Positions 25,948 to 39,821 of a stretch of DNA of 64,000 nucleotides are shown here, one piece after another; the stretch's first letter is position 1, and every line of letters starts with the position of its first letter. The notes under the pieces are model-generated. The model was not told where the DNA came from, did not search any database, and saw only the letters and a list, made by a program, of their open reading frames with translations. Made by a program: the position numbers and the translations under genes. Source of the DNA: Octopus vulgaris (taxonomy: Eukaryota); contig OX597823.1 of assembly GCA_951406725.2 (NCBI GenBank), forward strand, positions 70,804,001 through 70,868,000, in the 5' to 3' direction.

Positions 25948-26339
25948 GTCATTGTTTTTATACGAGTAATATTAATGCTCACAAAGATCTTTTCGACCTA
26001 TCCTACATCGATCCTTCGCGGGTGGGATACTGTACAACTGGTTGTGGTGCATCCACTGTGCAGACGCGTCTCGTCAGGTGATGTTATAAGGGGTATCTCG
26101 GTAAATAAACTCTGTTCTGTTCGGTTTTAATTCAGCACGTTGTTTATAACAATACGTTTAAGCCGCTGGGCAGGAATAGCGAGGGACGGATTCCGTTGCG
26201 ACTTTATAGACAAAGACAGGGAGTAATCAAGTAGAATAAAACGAATGAAAAAAAAAAAAAAACTTATAATAAAGTAAAACATTATTTGCGTCAGTATCCA
26301 CATATATTCACTTCCGTACCTGCACTTGGCAGTTCTGCG

Positions 26340-26425
<86 letters not shown>

Positions 26426-27348
26426 TGCAGAGTCTTCATTAAACTCTTTGATAAATATCCCGCCATTTTCGTATCACGCTATGACCCAAGGCCCTGGTGG
26501 TACCGGCTGACTTTTCTAGGCCGTGTATCAAACAAAGCCAGCTGCAAGCTATATCGCCGTCTATGACTAAATGTTAAATGGTTTAGAAAAATCTGCTGGC
26601 ATGACCCAACGTTTCATGCTACGGAAAAAAATTTAAATAAGAAAAGTCACAACATTGACAAAAGATCGATGTCTATCGCTCTGAAAAGGGATCTGGTGTG
26701 GGGTGTCTCGTTTGTCTATAACTTACTTTCAGGTATTTTTAACTCCAGGCGCATTGAGAATTTATTCCCTTACGCCTAAAACGTAGCCGACCCATGAATT
26801 GATAACAAGCACACCTTGTGTCAACCAAAGATTGGCTCGGACCATGTCTAAGAAGGATTTTCGGCTATAAGACAACATTAAGACAAGACATGTAGAAGTA
26901 ACGCTAATAAAGAAGGAAATTGCCCTCTAGGACTTCGGAAGGAAAGTAGATCGATAGAAATATAAGATGGAAAGGCAAATGGAAAGTTAAGACAAACCAG
27001 TTTTTGAAGTAAAGGCGCAAGGGGGAGCTGAGGAAACCACGACCGATCAAGTCAGTGGTCGTGCAGAAAGAGGATGGCAGAAAAGAAAAAAAAAAAACGG
27101 GATGGTCACGTGGCACCGAAAAGGGCGGGGAAGAGAAAGAAAGAGAAAACTAGTTATGAAAAGCTGAAAGAGAGGCAGAGGGTAGGAGAAAAAGAAACGG
27201 TCTAGGGAGAACAGATATGAAGAAAGAGGGTGCGAAAGGAAAAAGGATGGACAGTAAATAGTTGACAAAGGTGGACAGAAGAAGAACTGAAAGGTAAATA
27301 ATGGGTGATGGAGAGGGTAGATATATAGGAAGAAATGGAGAAAGATAA

Positions 27349-27579
27349 GGCGGCGAGCTGGCAGAAACGTTAGCACGCCGGGCGAAATGCTTTGCAGTAT
27401 TTCGTCTGCCGTTATGTTCTGAGTTCAAATTCCGCTGAGGTTGACTTTGCCTTTCAACCTTTCGGGGTCGATTAAATAAGTACCAGTTACGCACTGGGGT
27501 CGATTTTATCGACTTAATCCGTTTGTCTGTCCTTGTTTGTCCCCTCTGTGTGTAGCCCCTTGTGGGCAGTAAAGAAATA
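27349..27579 (+). mobile_element. SINE family B with ~16-bp target-site duplication
   Basis: agaaatggagaaagata on both sides. Confidence 0.9.
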
Positions 27580-28219
27580 AGAAATGGAGAAAGATATAAA
27601 AGGGATTGTGGAGAGAAAGATAGAGAATAGAGAAGGGGTGGGCAGAACAAGAGAGGAGAAGGATAATGAGATGGTTATGAGAGAAGATTAGACAGAAATA
27701 AAATTAAAATAGAAGGGTAAGGTGCTACGAGAGATCAGATAGAAGAGAGGGGAAAAGAGGGAGAGAAAGGATGTTGCTTCACATATCGTATTGGTGCCAC
27801 TGATAGTGAGACCCCATAAATGGGATGAGTGGCATTTCATTAGATAACAGGAATAAAAAGTTACACGGAAATACAAAGAAACACATACTGGAAAAGGGCA
27901 ATGGTAATATTTTAAACGAGTTGATCGCTGAGAGTACTGAATCTGCACTTATAGACCCGAGGAACTACCACAAGCATCCTTTCGGGTTTTTAACAGACCA
28001 CGAATGCTGTTAAAAAATGGCCACACTCACTGAAGTAGAACTGATGCTTTCAAAGAGTATGAAAATAGTTGACAGTATCCGGTAAACTTTAGACCAATAA
28101 CTTCACTGAACATAAAGTTATGACATTTGGTTAATAGTTTGGTGTATTTATTTATTTTAAGACATATCTATACAAGTCAGGCTATGACTATTTATGAAGC
28201 AATGTTTATACTACTAATA

Positions 28220-28992
28220 GGCGGCGAGCTGGTAGAAACGTTAGCACGCCGGGCGAAATGCGTAGCCGTATTTCGTCTGCTGTTACGTTCTGAGTTCAAA
28301 TTCCGCTGAGGTCGACTTTGCCTTTCATCCTTTCGGGGTCGATAAATTAAGTACCAGTTACGCACTGGGGGGAGGGGTCAATGTAATCGACTTAATCTGT
28401 TTTTCTGTCCTTGTTTGTCCACTCTATGTTTAACCCCTTGTGGGTAGTAAAGAAATAGGTATTTTGTCTGCCGCTACGTTCTGGGTTCAAATTCCGCCGA
28501 AGTCGACTTTGTCTTTCATGCTTTCGGGGTCGATAAATTAAGTACCAGTTACACACTGGAGTCGATATAATCTACTTAATCCGTTTGTCTGTCCTTGTTT
28601 GTCCCTTCTGTGTTTAGCCCCTTGTGGGTAGTAAAGAAATAGGTATTTCGTCTGTCTTTACGTTCTGGGTTCAAATTCCGCCGAGGTCGACTTTGCCTTT
28701 CATGCTTTCGGGGTCGATGAATTAAGTACCAGTTACGCACTGGAATCGATATAGTCGACTTAATCCGTTTGTCTGTCCTAGTTTGTCCCTTCTGTGTTTA
28801 GCCCCTTGTGGGCAGTAAAGAAATAGGTATTCCGTCTGTCTTTACGTTCTGGGTTCAAATTCCGCCGAGGTCGACTTTGCCTTTCATCTTTTCGGGATCG
28901 ATAAATTAAGTACTAGTTGCGTACTGGGGTCGATCTAATGTTCTAGCCTGCTCCCCCATAGTTTCAGGCCTTGTGTTTTGAGTAGAAAAGAA
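28220..28992 (+). mobile_element. SINE family B with four tandem ~185-bp internal units
   Basis: Units start gtatt(t/c) at 28268, 28459, 28643 and 28827. Confidence 0.9.
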
Positions 28993-29754
28993 TGTTTATA
29001 CTACGAGTATGTGATAAAATTGAGGCAAAATCTGACTGTGATCCTTTATAAAAACTATCGCTCGCATATATTCGCCAGCGCAAGCAAACGAGCCAAGTAA
29101 AGAATCTGTACCTGTCGCTTGGCCTTATGGAAATAACAGCCAAATCTTCCTCCAATCACAGCCTGCTGTCTTAAAAGGGTGTCCAGAATGTACACTGAAT
29201 CTCTGAAATATTACTGAGTGATCACATATTCAACTTCAGTAATGAAATGCCCGCCGGATTAACGCTAACTTGGGACTAAACGGCAACAATAAAACAGTAA
29301 TTTAAATCTGTATTGCAGCTATCAGGTACTTTGAACTGCGATCAAACTTATTAATAGCACGTTTCCGAACGGACCCGATTAGTGTTAGCTATCCTTTAGA
29401 ACAAGGATTAACTGAAAAGGTTGAGTTTTTTAAGGCAAAACTGATGGGAAGTGGTCGAGGCTTAGATACTTCCAGAAGGAAAGTAGGCGCATCAAATTTT
29501 CGTAATGAAGGCTTTTTTTTCCCTCCAGAGATGTTCTTATTCGATTAGATATAGCTTGGTAACTGGTGTGTTGTCGGTGCTTGGAGTAGACCAGCGAACG
29601 AAGTGAGTGCAGGGCGATCTTCTAATGTTATATGAAAGTCGATATACTGGTATTGGCTTGATTTTTGACGATTATACATGGTGCAGCCTCAACTACAGGA
29701 TATTCATGAGTACAACGAATAAGTTTCAGAAATCTTTCTCCTTCTGTTTATATA

Positions 29755-30000
29755 TATAAACAATCCGTTATTACATCAGTGTATTATTGATGTAAAAGAT
29801 GGTTTAAAGCTCTCTTCAGCCGCAAACATTGTTAGTACAAAGATTAAACCACAATATAAAAATATATATACAGTTATACAATTATACAAATATACTTTTT
29901 CAAAAGGATATGATGTACTTTTTATGTTTTTTATATTGTGATGTAATCTTTGGAATAACAATGTTAGTGGCTGAAGTGAGCTTTAAACCATCTTTTGTAT
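29755..30000. repeat. Fold-back element (arms ~29790-29870 / 29915-30000) carrying a truncated HHR 5' half
   Basis: aaaagatggtttaaagctctcttcagcc / ggctgaagtgagctttaaaccatctttt. Confidence 0.75.
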
Positions 30001-30180
30001 ACTCTAAGACTCTACTCCGTGGAGAGAAGACGGGAGAGGTATGCAGTAATATATGTCTGGAAGATCCTGGAAGGAATTGTGCCAAATTTTGGCATTGAAA
30101 GCTACACCAATGCTAGAACGGGACGACACTGCATAGTGCCAATGATCTCAGCAGAAGGAGCAGGATGTTCAAGATAAAAG
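30001..30180 (+). pseudogene. CR1-clade LINE ORF2 C-terminal fragment
   Basis: LRLYSVERRRERYAVIYVWKILEGIVPN...R.GRHC. Confidence 0.75.
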
Positions 30181-30309
30181 ATCTGTCATACCTCAGTGGT
30201 CACCGTTGTGGGGTTTCATTGTCCAGGAGCCTTCATTTGGCTGAAAAGCTGGGTGGATCTTAATGCCTCATGATTTTAATAAAACCACCGTCCTCCTCTT
30301 TTCCTTTCT

Positions 30310-30396
30310 TTATTTCTTGTTTGTTTGTTTGTTTGTTCGTTTGTTTCTTACCTTCTTCCTTCCATCCTTTCTTTCCTTCTTTTCTTATTCTTTTTT

Positions 30397-30481
<85 letters not shown>

Positions 30482-30493
30482 TTCGTTTCATTC

Positions 30494-30541
<48 letters not shown>

Positions 30542-30613
30542 GTCTTTCTTTCTTTCATTCTTTCTTTTCTTTCCATCTTCCTTTCTTTCTTTCCGTCTTT
30601 CTTTCTTTCTTTC

Positions 30614-30690
<77 letters not shown>

Positions 30691-30808
30691 TTCGTTTCAT
30701 TCATCTTTTTTTTTCTTTCTTTCTTTCTTTTCTTTCCACCTTCCTTTCTTTCTTTCCGTCTTTCTTTCTTCCTTTCTTCCTTTCTTTCTTTCCGTCTTTC
30801 TTTCTTTC

Positions 30809-30880
<72 letters not shown>
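30310..30880. repeat. Compound (TCTA)n/(TTTC)n microsatellite
   Basis: Direct inspection. Confidence 0.95.
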
Positions 30881-31587
30881 CATGCTTTCCATTTTTCTTC
30901 TTTCTTTCTATCTTTTTCTTTTCTCTGCTTACCTGCTTATTATCTGTCTCTCTGTGTATCTCTCTTACTTCTTTCTTCCCATCCCCTATCTCTCTCTCTT
31001 TCTCCCTTTCCACTTGTAAATTCCTGTAGTGTTTCACTTCCATCCTTCCCAACTCAATAAAACTGACACCAGCCTTATAACAAGGCATTTTATTATCTCC
31101 TATAATTCATCTACAAATTTCTGGCGATCAACAATTAATATATTTAACTACGAACAAAAGCTCAAATCGCGCCGCAATCAACTTTGTTTACCCGCTATCA
31201 GTGGTCATTACATAAACTATCACTAACATACTGTGCCATAATTAACTTCTCTATTCTACAAATTTCTAACTGTTTCTCAATGTCACAAGTTATTGTATTC
31301 ATTCAGCTATTACTAACGATAGATGTCTGTTATTACTTTGCTTACAATTGTTATTATTACTTTTATTGTTATTCCCGTTGCTATTATTACTCTTGTTTAC
31401 AGTTCATGAAACTCTAGGTTATTTTATAGTCGATATCACCGTTGTTGTGGTGCCTTTCCACAACACTCTCCATAGTGTTATTATTACTTTCCGAGTTGCT
31501 GATGCACTAAAAAAAAAAAAAAGCTTCTGGGATATTACTGCTAGTGCAGCTGTTTTGCACCCTCTCTTCCTGCTCCTCCATCTCTTC

Positions 31588-31630
31588 GTGCTGCTGTTGT
31601 TGCTGCTGCTGCTGCTGTTGCTACGGCTGT

Positions 31631-31693
<63 letters not shown>

Positions 31694-31774
31694 GTCTTCT
31701 TCTTCTTCTTCTGCTGCTGCTGCTGCTGCTACTACACTACTAGTGGTACTACAACAACAGCAGCAGTAACAACA

Positions 31775-31832
<58 letters not shown>

Positions 31833-32071
31833 GTGGTACTACAACAACAACAACTACTACTACTACAACTACTCTACAACTACTACTACTACTAGTACTA
31901 CTACTACTACTACTACTATTACTACTAGTGGTACTACAACAACAACTACTGCTACTACTACTACTTCTTCTTCATCGGCTGCTGCTGCTGCTGCTGCTGT
32001 TACTACTACTACTACTACTACTACTACTGCTAGTGGTACTACTACAACAACTACAACTACTACTACTACTT

Positions 32072-32109
<38 letters not shown>

Positions 32110-32154
32110 GCCGCTGCTGTTACTACTACTAGTGGTACTACTGCAACAACAGCA

Positions 32155-32236
<82 letters not shown>

Positions 32237-32572
32237 TTTGTCATTGTTGTTGGTTTGGAATATACTTCGCACATCCAATGGTTTGGAATATTCTCGGAAT
32301 ACATAAACAACTAGATCACTACATATGCTATTGTTACCGCATCTTGTGGTGACTACTTCGAATACAAATGCAGTAGCTGCTGCTGCTGCTGCTGCTATTG
32401 CTACCGTACCTCTTGTTGTTATTGCTGCTGCAGCTACTTGTGCTGCTGCTACTGCTGCTGTTGATTCCGTTAGAAGCAACAACAACAACAACAACAACCT
32501 GCTTAAGCAACCGGCATTAGAATTTCGCTATCATTTAAGTTCTACTACTTCTACTACAGCTCTTACTGCTTT

Positions 32573-32611
<39 letters not shown>

Positions 32612-32732
32612 GACTACTACTACTACCGCCACAAACAGCAGCACCACTACCACCACCACCGCCGCCGGTGCCACCATATTACTACTACTACCATCGCCAC
32701 AACCACGGCCACCACCACCGCCACTGCCACCA

Positions 32733-32768
<36 letters not shown>

Positions 32769-32770
32769 CA
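31588..32770. repeat. Compound trinucleotide tracts (CTA/CTG/CAA/CCA)n
   Basis: Direct inspection. Confidence 0.95.
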
Positions 32771-33346
32771 ACGCTGCCACCCCCGCTATGAGTATCTGCC
32801 CCAACTGCATAAGTTAGGAAAATAAAAAATGGAAGTGAGCGAAACAGCAAAATAATAAAACACACACACACACACACAAACATGTATACATTTGCTCCAT
32901 GAGTGATACATGAGCACAAACACACACACACACACACATAAACAAACAAGCAATCACACACATAGTCACAGGCGCACGTGCGCACACATGCACGCTCGCA
33001 CGCACGCACGCACGCACGCTCGCACGCACGCTCGCACGCACGCACGCGCTTTCACAGACATGCAGATGCGTTACAGACGCAGTTTTGAAGTTGTTCCAAA
33101 CGGTTTCCGAGTCGAGGAGGAGCCAATAGACAGTCTCACGTGGTCTACGTTTCTGTTTTTATAACAAATCAACAAGCGAGAACGAATTGTGGTAGTAAGA
33201 AAGGCAAAAAACGAAAAAAAAAAAAAAAAAAGTGCGGGAACCACTCAGGAACATTCTGCAACAAAACATATTTGGGGGAGAAAGCAAAACAAACAAAACA
33301 CAAACAAAACACAAAACAAACGGATACTTTGAAATACTTGCTACTG

Positions 33347-33398
<52 letters not shown>

Positions 33399-33407
33399 TA
33401 CTACTAC

Positions 33408-33441
<34 letters not shown>

Positions 33442-33741
33442 GTTGTTGTTGTTGTTGTTGTCGTTATTAATACACACGCGCACACACACGCACAGACACA
33501 CATACACACATGTATGTATTATGAGGAGACATGATCCATGCATATCTAAATATTTCTCAAATATGTAACAACACATCCAATTAGAAATAATGAGCTGACA
33601 CACACACACACACACATTCATACATACACACATACAGTTACAGGCATAATTTATACTTAATCACACACGCACACACATACTCAGACACAAGCACATATAC
33701 ACACACAACACATATACATAACACACACACACACAACATAC

Positions 33742-33788
<47 letters not shown>

Positions 33789-34313
33789 AATTTCTGTAGA
33801 CCAATATCATACAATATTTTGAATATCTAAATGTGTATATAGGGAGAAATATTTGTTGTCAAGTCTGTTTTCTTTGACCTAACAAACGACAACTTTTGCA
33901 AGGTTGAGCTACAGTCGACCGTTTTAAGCCTGAGTATGTTACTGGTACTTTATAATGACCGCGGAGAAAGTCCAGATTAAAACACAAATTTACACATACA
34001 AACACACACACCCACACACACACACACACACACAAGCAGGTACCTACCTGACACAAGCATATGCATATGCACGTGCACAAACATCAATGCATGGGTGAAT
34101 CTAAACACAACACATGTTGAATATAATCTCAATGTATGTATCACTCGTCCGGTATGTTTCACAGTACAATGATAATTTACAGGATCATCACCTCAACTAT
34201 TCAGACAAACAAAAGAGCAGATGTTGAATAAATCCTAAACAAGAGACAATCAATATATCAAAACAGTCAACTGAACTTTATACATACATACATAATATGT
34301 ACATACATACATA

Positions 34314-34381
<68 letters not shown>

Positions 34382-34465
34382 GTCTGTCTGTCTGACTGTC
34401 TGTCTGTCTGTCTGTCTGCCTGACTGTCTGTCTGTTTGTTTGTCTGTCTGTCTATCTATCCGTCC

Positions 34466-34580
<115 letters not shown>

Positions 34581-34593
34581 AATCTATCTATCG

Positions 34594-34725
<132 letters not shown>

Positions 34726-34768
34726 CATATACACACACACATATATATATGTATTTATGCATGCATAT

Positions 34769-35015
34769 CAGTGATTCTCAACCAATCTTTACCTATGGAC
34801 CCCCTCTGATCTCCATTTTACTCGGATGGACTATCATAAACATTTGATGCTTAAGATATCCTATTATATAAAAATTAAGAATTGTATAAAAAAAATTTGT
34901 CAAAGTATTTTGTTTATTGTAGAAGTATAAACCGATTTATTGCAAATACATTTTTAACCACTAAATCTTATATGGACCCCCAAGGGCCATTATGGACTCT
35001 GGGTGAGTACTACTG
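34769..35015 (+). mobile_element. hAT-Charlie-like MITE
   Basis: TIRs CAGTGATTCTCAACC / GGGTGAGTACTACTG and subterminal tatggacccc repeats; homologous to 62666-62996. Confidence 0.75.
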
Positions 35016-35046
35016 GCGTATATGAAAAAGGGCTAAAATCAACTCC

Positions 35047-35054
35047 TATAAATA
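35047..35054 (+). promoter_or_regulatory. TATA box
   Basis: cTATAAATA starting 46 bp upstream of an ATG in AAAATG context; Inr-like TCATC at 35080. Confidence 0.6.
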
Positions 35055-35092
35055 CTAGTGCATCCACAATTTAAAGATCTCATCGGCTGAAA

Positions 35093-35390
35093 ATGAAAGT
35101 TGTTCGGGCCCAGTTCAGTGTTGTCAGTATTTTTCTATTTCTTCTTGTGGGAAGTGGCAACAGTAATACGGATAGCGGTGGTCACACCAGTGGTGCAGGC
35201 CCTAGTAAACAATGTGGCAACTACTTTCTGTGTTACGTGAACAACTCTTTACAACATCTAAACAACCTGGATCCATCGTTTAATAGTTCACTCGCTTTTG
35301 TGAAGTTTCTTAAAGGCAACTGGGACTCTTACGACGAAGCCTGTGAATATATGCTTCACATGATTAACATCACCTCTGACGATGAACAAG
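35093..35390 (+). CDS. First coding exon of a secreted Cys-containing protein of unknown family (99 codons, phase-1 intron)
   Basis: Non-repetitive ORF MKVVRAQFSVVSIFLFLLVGSGNS... with a signal-peptide pattern, 3 Cys and sequons NNS, NSS and NIT. Consensus donor AAG|GTAAGT at 35391 and an upstream TATA box. Confidence 0.75.
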
Positions 35391-35593
35391 GTAAGTAAAA
35401 CACTTCCTGATATATACATGTATTGTTAACATTTAAGATTTTCGCTAGATAACGAGAAATGTCTTTCTAATTGTATATAAGAAAACGAAAATGTACCGAT
35501 ATGAGTTCAAAAACATTTGGAATTTGTGAAATTTGTGAGTGTATATTATTCGAGTGCGTGCTCATATATTTATGTATCTATATTTGTATATAA

Positions 35594-35633
<40 letters not shown>

Positions 35634-35709
35634 GATATGTATATATAACAGGTGTATACATATCCTTCTTTGAAGATCGCATGAAGGACATTTGAAATGT
35701 TTTTATTGA

Positions 35710-36080
35710 TGGATGTGTGGTTAAGAAGCTTGCTCTCCGGACATGTGGTCTTGTGTTCAGTTCCACCACACAGTACCTTAGCCGTCTTCTACTAGAGCTT
35801 CAGACCGACCAAAGCCTTGTGAGTGTATTTGGTGCACGGAAGCTGGAATATATCCATGCGCGCGCGCACGTGTGGGTATGTGTATTTGTTTTTACCCCCT
35901 CCCCCCACCCACCAACTTGATAGCCGGTGTTAGTTTGTTTAAGGTCCGTAATATAGCGGTCCGGCCTAAGAACTGATACGTACTTTAAAAAAATATGTAC
36001 TGGCTGCGATTTGTTCAATACAACACTTCAAGGCGGTACCCCAGTATGGCCGTAGTCCAAAGACTGAAACTAGTACAAAA
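35710..36080 (+). mobile_element. SINE family A, old copy
   Basis: gtgtggttaagaagcttgc...gaccaaagccttgtgagtg...gactgaaac. Confidence 0.7.
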
Positions 36081-36462
36081 CAAATAAATAAATTGATAAA
36101 TAAAAGGATGGTTTGACAAAACCTAATAGAGAAGAATTTATGATTTCCAGCTCTTTTGTAACCCCGAATAGGCTTCCCTTATTAATTAATTAATTGATTA
36201 ATTAATTAATTAATTAATCTATCTATTTATTATTGCCGGTGTGCGCAGAAATTTGTTTGTATGCAAATTTTGTCTTTCTTTGTAAAGCATGCCCCTAACC
36301 TGCTAGAAACAATCCCTCAAATGCCATATTGAACACCAAACAAAATGCACAACATTTTGACATTTAAATGTTTATTATTTACACCAAACACCAAACAAAA
36401 TGCATAACATTTAAACATTTAAATGTACATTATTAAAGATGTCTTTAAATGATACGATTAAG

Positions 36463-36678
36463 ATGGCAAACTGGCAGAATCGTTAGCACGCCGGGCGAAA
36501 TTTTTAGCGGTATTTCGCCCCTCGCTACGTTCTGAGTTCAAATTCCGCTGAGGTCAACTTCGCTTTTCATCCTTTCGGGGTCGATAAATTAAGTACCAGG
36601 GGAGTACTGGCGTTGATGTGATCGACCGTCCTCTCACCACAAAATCCAGGCCCTATGCCTATAGTAGAAAGAATTATT
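36463..36678 (+). mobile_element. SINE family B with TSD
   Basis: aaatgatacgatta flanks both ends. Confidence 0.85.
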
Positions 36679-36907
36679 AAATGATACGATTAGTTTCTTC
36701 AGTCAAAATAATTCTATTTCATCTTGAAAAGTTTGTGTGAGCACTTTTTTTCCTTCATACTTTTGTCGTAAAACGTATGCAAACGAACGTAAAAACGCAG
36801 GGTTTAAAGAGAATATTGCAGCCAACTAGTGCCGCGAGGACGACTTCTGGAAATGTGAGTGAACGCGTGTAGGTTCTGTGTTTGCGTCAACAAACACACA
36901 CACACAC

Positions 36908-36951
<44 letters not shown>

Positions 36952-36975
36952 ATTGATTGATTGATGGTTAGATGG

Positions 36976-37032
<57 letters not shown>

Positions 37033-37361
37033 GGGCGGGTAAAATTCCAAAGATCCATGGACGACTTCTCTCCACCGGTCTTTGTCCCTCATCATAGCTG
37101 CATATATATATATATATATATATATACCGATATATATATATCTATATGCATACACACATACGCACACACACAGACAGACAGACAGACACACACACACACA
37201 TATATATATGCACACACACACACACACACCTTTATATACATGCATTCATATACAGATATACGTTGGAAGCGGTAATAAGTCCAAGCGAAGATTTGTCCAT
37301 CCACTTGGACTAAGGTAATATATAGATGTATGTACGTAAACACACACGCACGTGCGCGTAC

Positions 37362-37427
<66 letters not shown>

Positions 37428-37648
37428 ACACACGTATACTGAGAGAGAGAGAGAGAGAGAGAGACAGAAAGGGAGAGAGAAAGAGAGACAGACAGAAAGG
37501 GAGAGAGATAGGGGGACCGGCATACTGATACAAATACACCTATAAATATAAACATATATAAAGTAAATACAAATATGGCCACGCGTATACTATCATGCAC
37601 ATATATTTATACACAAATACGCGTATGCATATATATATATACATGCTA

Positions 37649-37693
<45 letters not shown>

Positions 37694-37726
37694 TATACAC
37701 ATATATATATACATGCATGCATAGAT

Positions 37727-37759
<33 letters not shown>

Positions 37760-37884
37760 CGCACACACATAGTAATAAACAGTATTACTGTCGTTCGATC
37801 TATAGAACAATATATTTATTGTATTGCTGTTTAGGTAGTTGAGTATTCCCCGTCAGACAGAAGCAGCGCTACACAGTGAATCTT

Positions 37885-38280
37885 TTTACCTGTTGTAGTC
37901 ATTAGGCTGCGGCCATGCTGGAGTACAACCTTGAAGAATATTTAGTCGAATGAATCGATCACAATACTTCTTTCTTTTTCGTAAAGCCTGTTACTTATTC
38001 TCTCGCTCTCTTAAGCCGAACCGCTAGATTATGGGGACGCAAATACACCAACACCGGTTGTCAAGCGCGGTGGTGGAGTATAAACACCAGAAGAAAGACA
38101 TCCCATCAGTTCAGTTCAGTTCAATTCAGTTCAGTTTCCGTCTACTAAATCCACTCACAAGTCTTTGGTCGACCCAAGGCTATAGTAGAAGACGCTTGGC
38201 CAAGTTGTGACGCAATGGAACTGAACCCAGAACCATGTGGTTAGGAAGCAAGTTTCATACTACACAGCCACAGGCTGCAC
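37885..38280 (-). mobile_element. SINE family A
   Basis: gctgcggccatgctgg...acacagccac. Confidence 0.8.
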
Positions 38281-38499
38281 TATTGACAATATTTCTGAAT
38301 GAATTACAATACAGATTACTCAACGGGCTTCCACACAACGTGACAGTCTCACCAAGCTGCAGAACGTACTTTCATATACCACTAACTCAGAAGCACATGT
38401 ATAAAACTACAAACTCGTATACGTATTTACATATAAATACTGCCTCATACATACACATATACGTACGAACATATATAAGTATGCGCAGACATATCTAAT

Positions 38500-38748
38500 C
38501 GGGACACCATCGGTTACGACGCCGAAAGCTCCATGTGATCCATTCAATGGAACAGCCTGCTCGTGAAATTCAGGTGTAAATGACTAGGTACACCACAGAC
38601 ATGCGTATCCTTAACGTGGTTCAGAAGGAACTTCAGGCTTACATAGAATTTGTCAATTCTATTAGACAGCCGAGTGCATTGGAACAGCGTGAAATAAAAT
38701 GTCTTGTTCAAAGCACACAACACACTGCCGGGAATCGAACTTACGACC
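38500..38748 (-). mobile_element. SINE family C-related fragment
   Basis: Shares ggaacagcctgctcgtgaaatt with 39822 and gtgaaataaaatgtcttg with 2862. Confidence 0.6.
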
Positions 38749-39029
38749 TTATGCTGCTTTACACAAAAGCAAAAAACAAACAAAAAAAAAAGAGAATTGG
38801 CTAAATAGTAAGATAAAATGAATTTAGTGGAATTGTAAAAATATGTAAAGCATTTTAGAAGTTTAACCTGTTTCATGTACAGAAACGCGGGTGAAGATAT
38901 ACAAACATATGTATATGTGCACGTACGTAAGTGAAAAAGCACGCACTCATACACAGACACACATTTACACATACAACACACGAAACTCTCGGAACTCGAG
39001 TCACTCTATTACTCCTGCTGAATATCAAT

Positions 39030-39099
<70 letters not shown>

Positions 39100-39104
<5 letters not shown>

Positions 39105-39290
39105 AGAATTCACAAAAAAAACCAAGCCAGGTGGTGTAGACAACTAACAGATGTATTAGTTTAACGCTCGGGAAGTGAAAAAGTCTTTGACGTTTCGAGC
39201 CTACGCTCTTCCACAGAAAGCAACACAGAAAGAAAGAAGGAGAGAAAATAAAGAATGTCTAATGGGTAGCGATGTATCATGGCGAATACC
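39100..39290 (-). mobile_element. Short pLTR-like unit (HHR family 2) with motif at 39184-39220
   Basis: Minus strand cttt-CTGTGGA-A-GAGCGTAGGCTC-GAAA-CG-TC-AAAG. Confidence 0.65.
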
Positions 39291-39717
39291 GGACTATATA
39301 CATACATACATACATACATACATACATACATACATACCTATATCTATAATCAGCCGAAATTGCGAGGATAATCTGGTTCTTGACCGAAGATAGCGAAATA
39401 AAGGGAGGAAGGAGAGATACAGGGGCAGACAGAAGGAGAGGGAGTGTAAGAGAGAGGAGAAAATTTTAAATGAATTACCTACTTATATATTTTTTTAAAA
39501 TTCAGCGGCGAGTTGCACTAGAGTGTGCGTGCGTGCGTGTGTGTGTGTATATGTGTGTATGTGTGTGTGTGCTTGTGTGTGTGTGAGTGTTGTGTGTGTG
39601 CGTGCTGTGTGCCCTGGAGCTCATGATTGCCAAAGATTTTAACAACTCATCTGGCTCTCACTTTATCCATCTCTCTCTCTCGCTCTCTCTCTTTTTTTCT
39701 TTCTCTCTCTCTCCCTT

Positions 39718-39776
<59 letters not shown>

Positions 39777-39821
39777 TAGTGTGTGTGTGTCTGCATACAT
39801 GTACGTACAGGTACACATAAA

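Noticed and set aside
28220-28992. Regularly spaced repeats suggestive of a CRISPR array
   Set aside because: Whole units are repeated with no unique spacers; eukaryotic SINE sequence; no cas genes.
30263-33633. Long ORFs (LSIY repeats, poly-L/T/Y/S/N)
   Set aside because: Microsatellite translations with no coding complexity.
39506-39524. Possible micro-exon after ttcag
   Set aside because: The donor falls in a (GT)n microsatellite and the exon is too short to support without reads.
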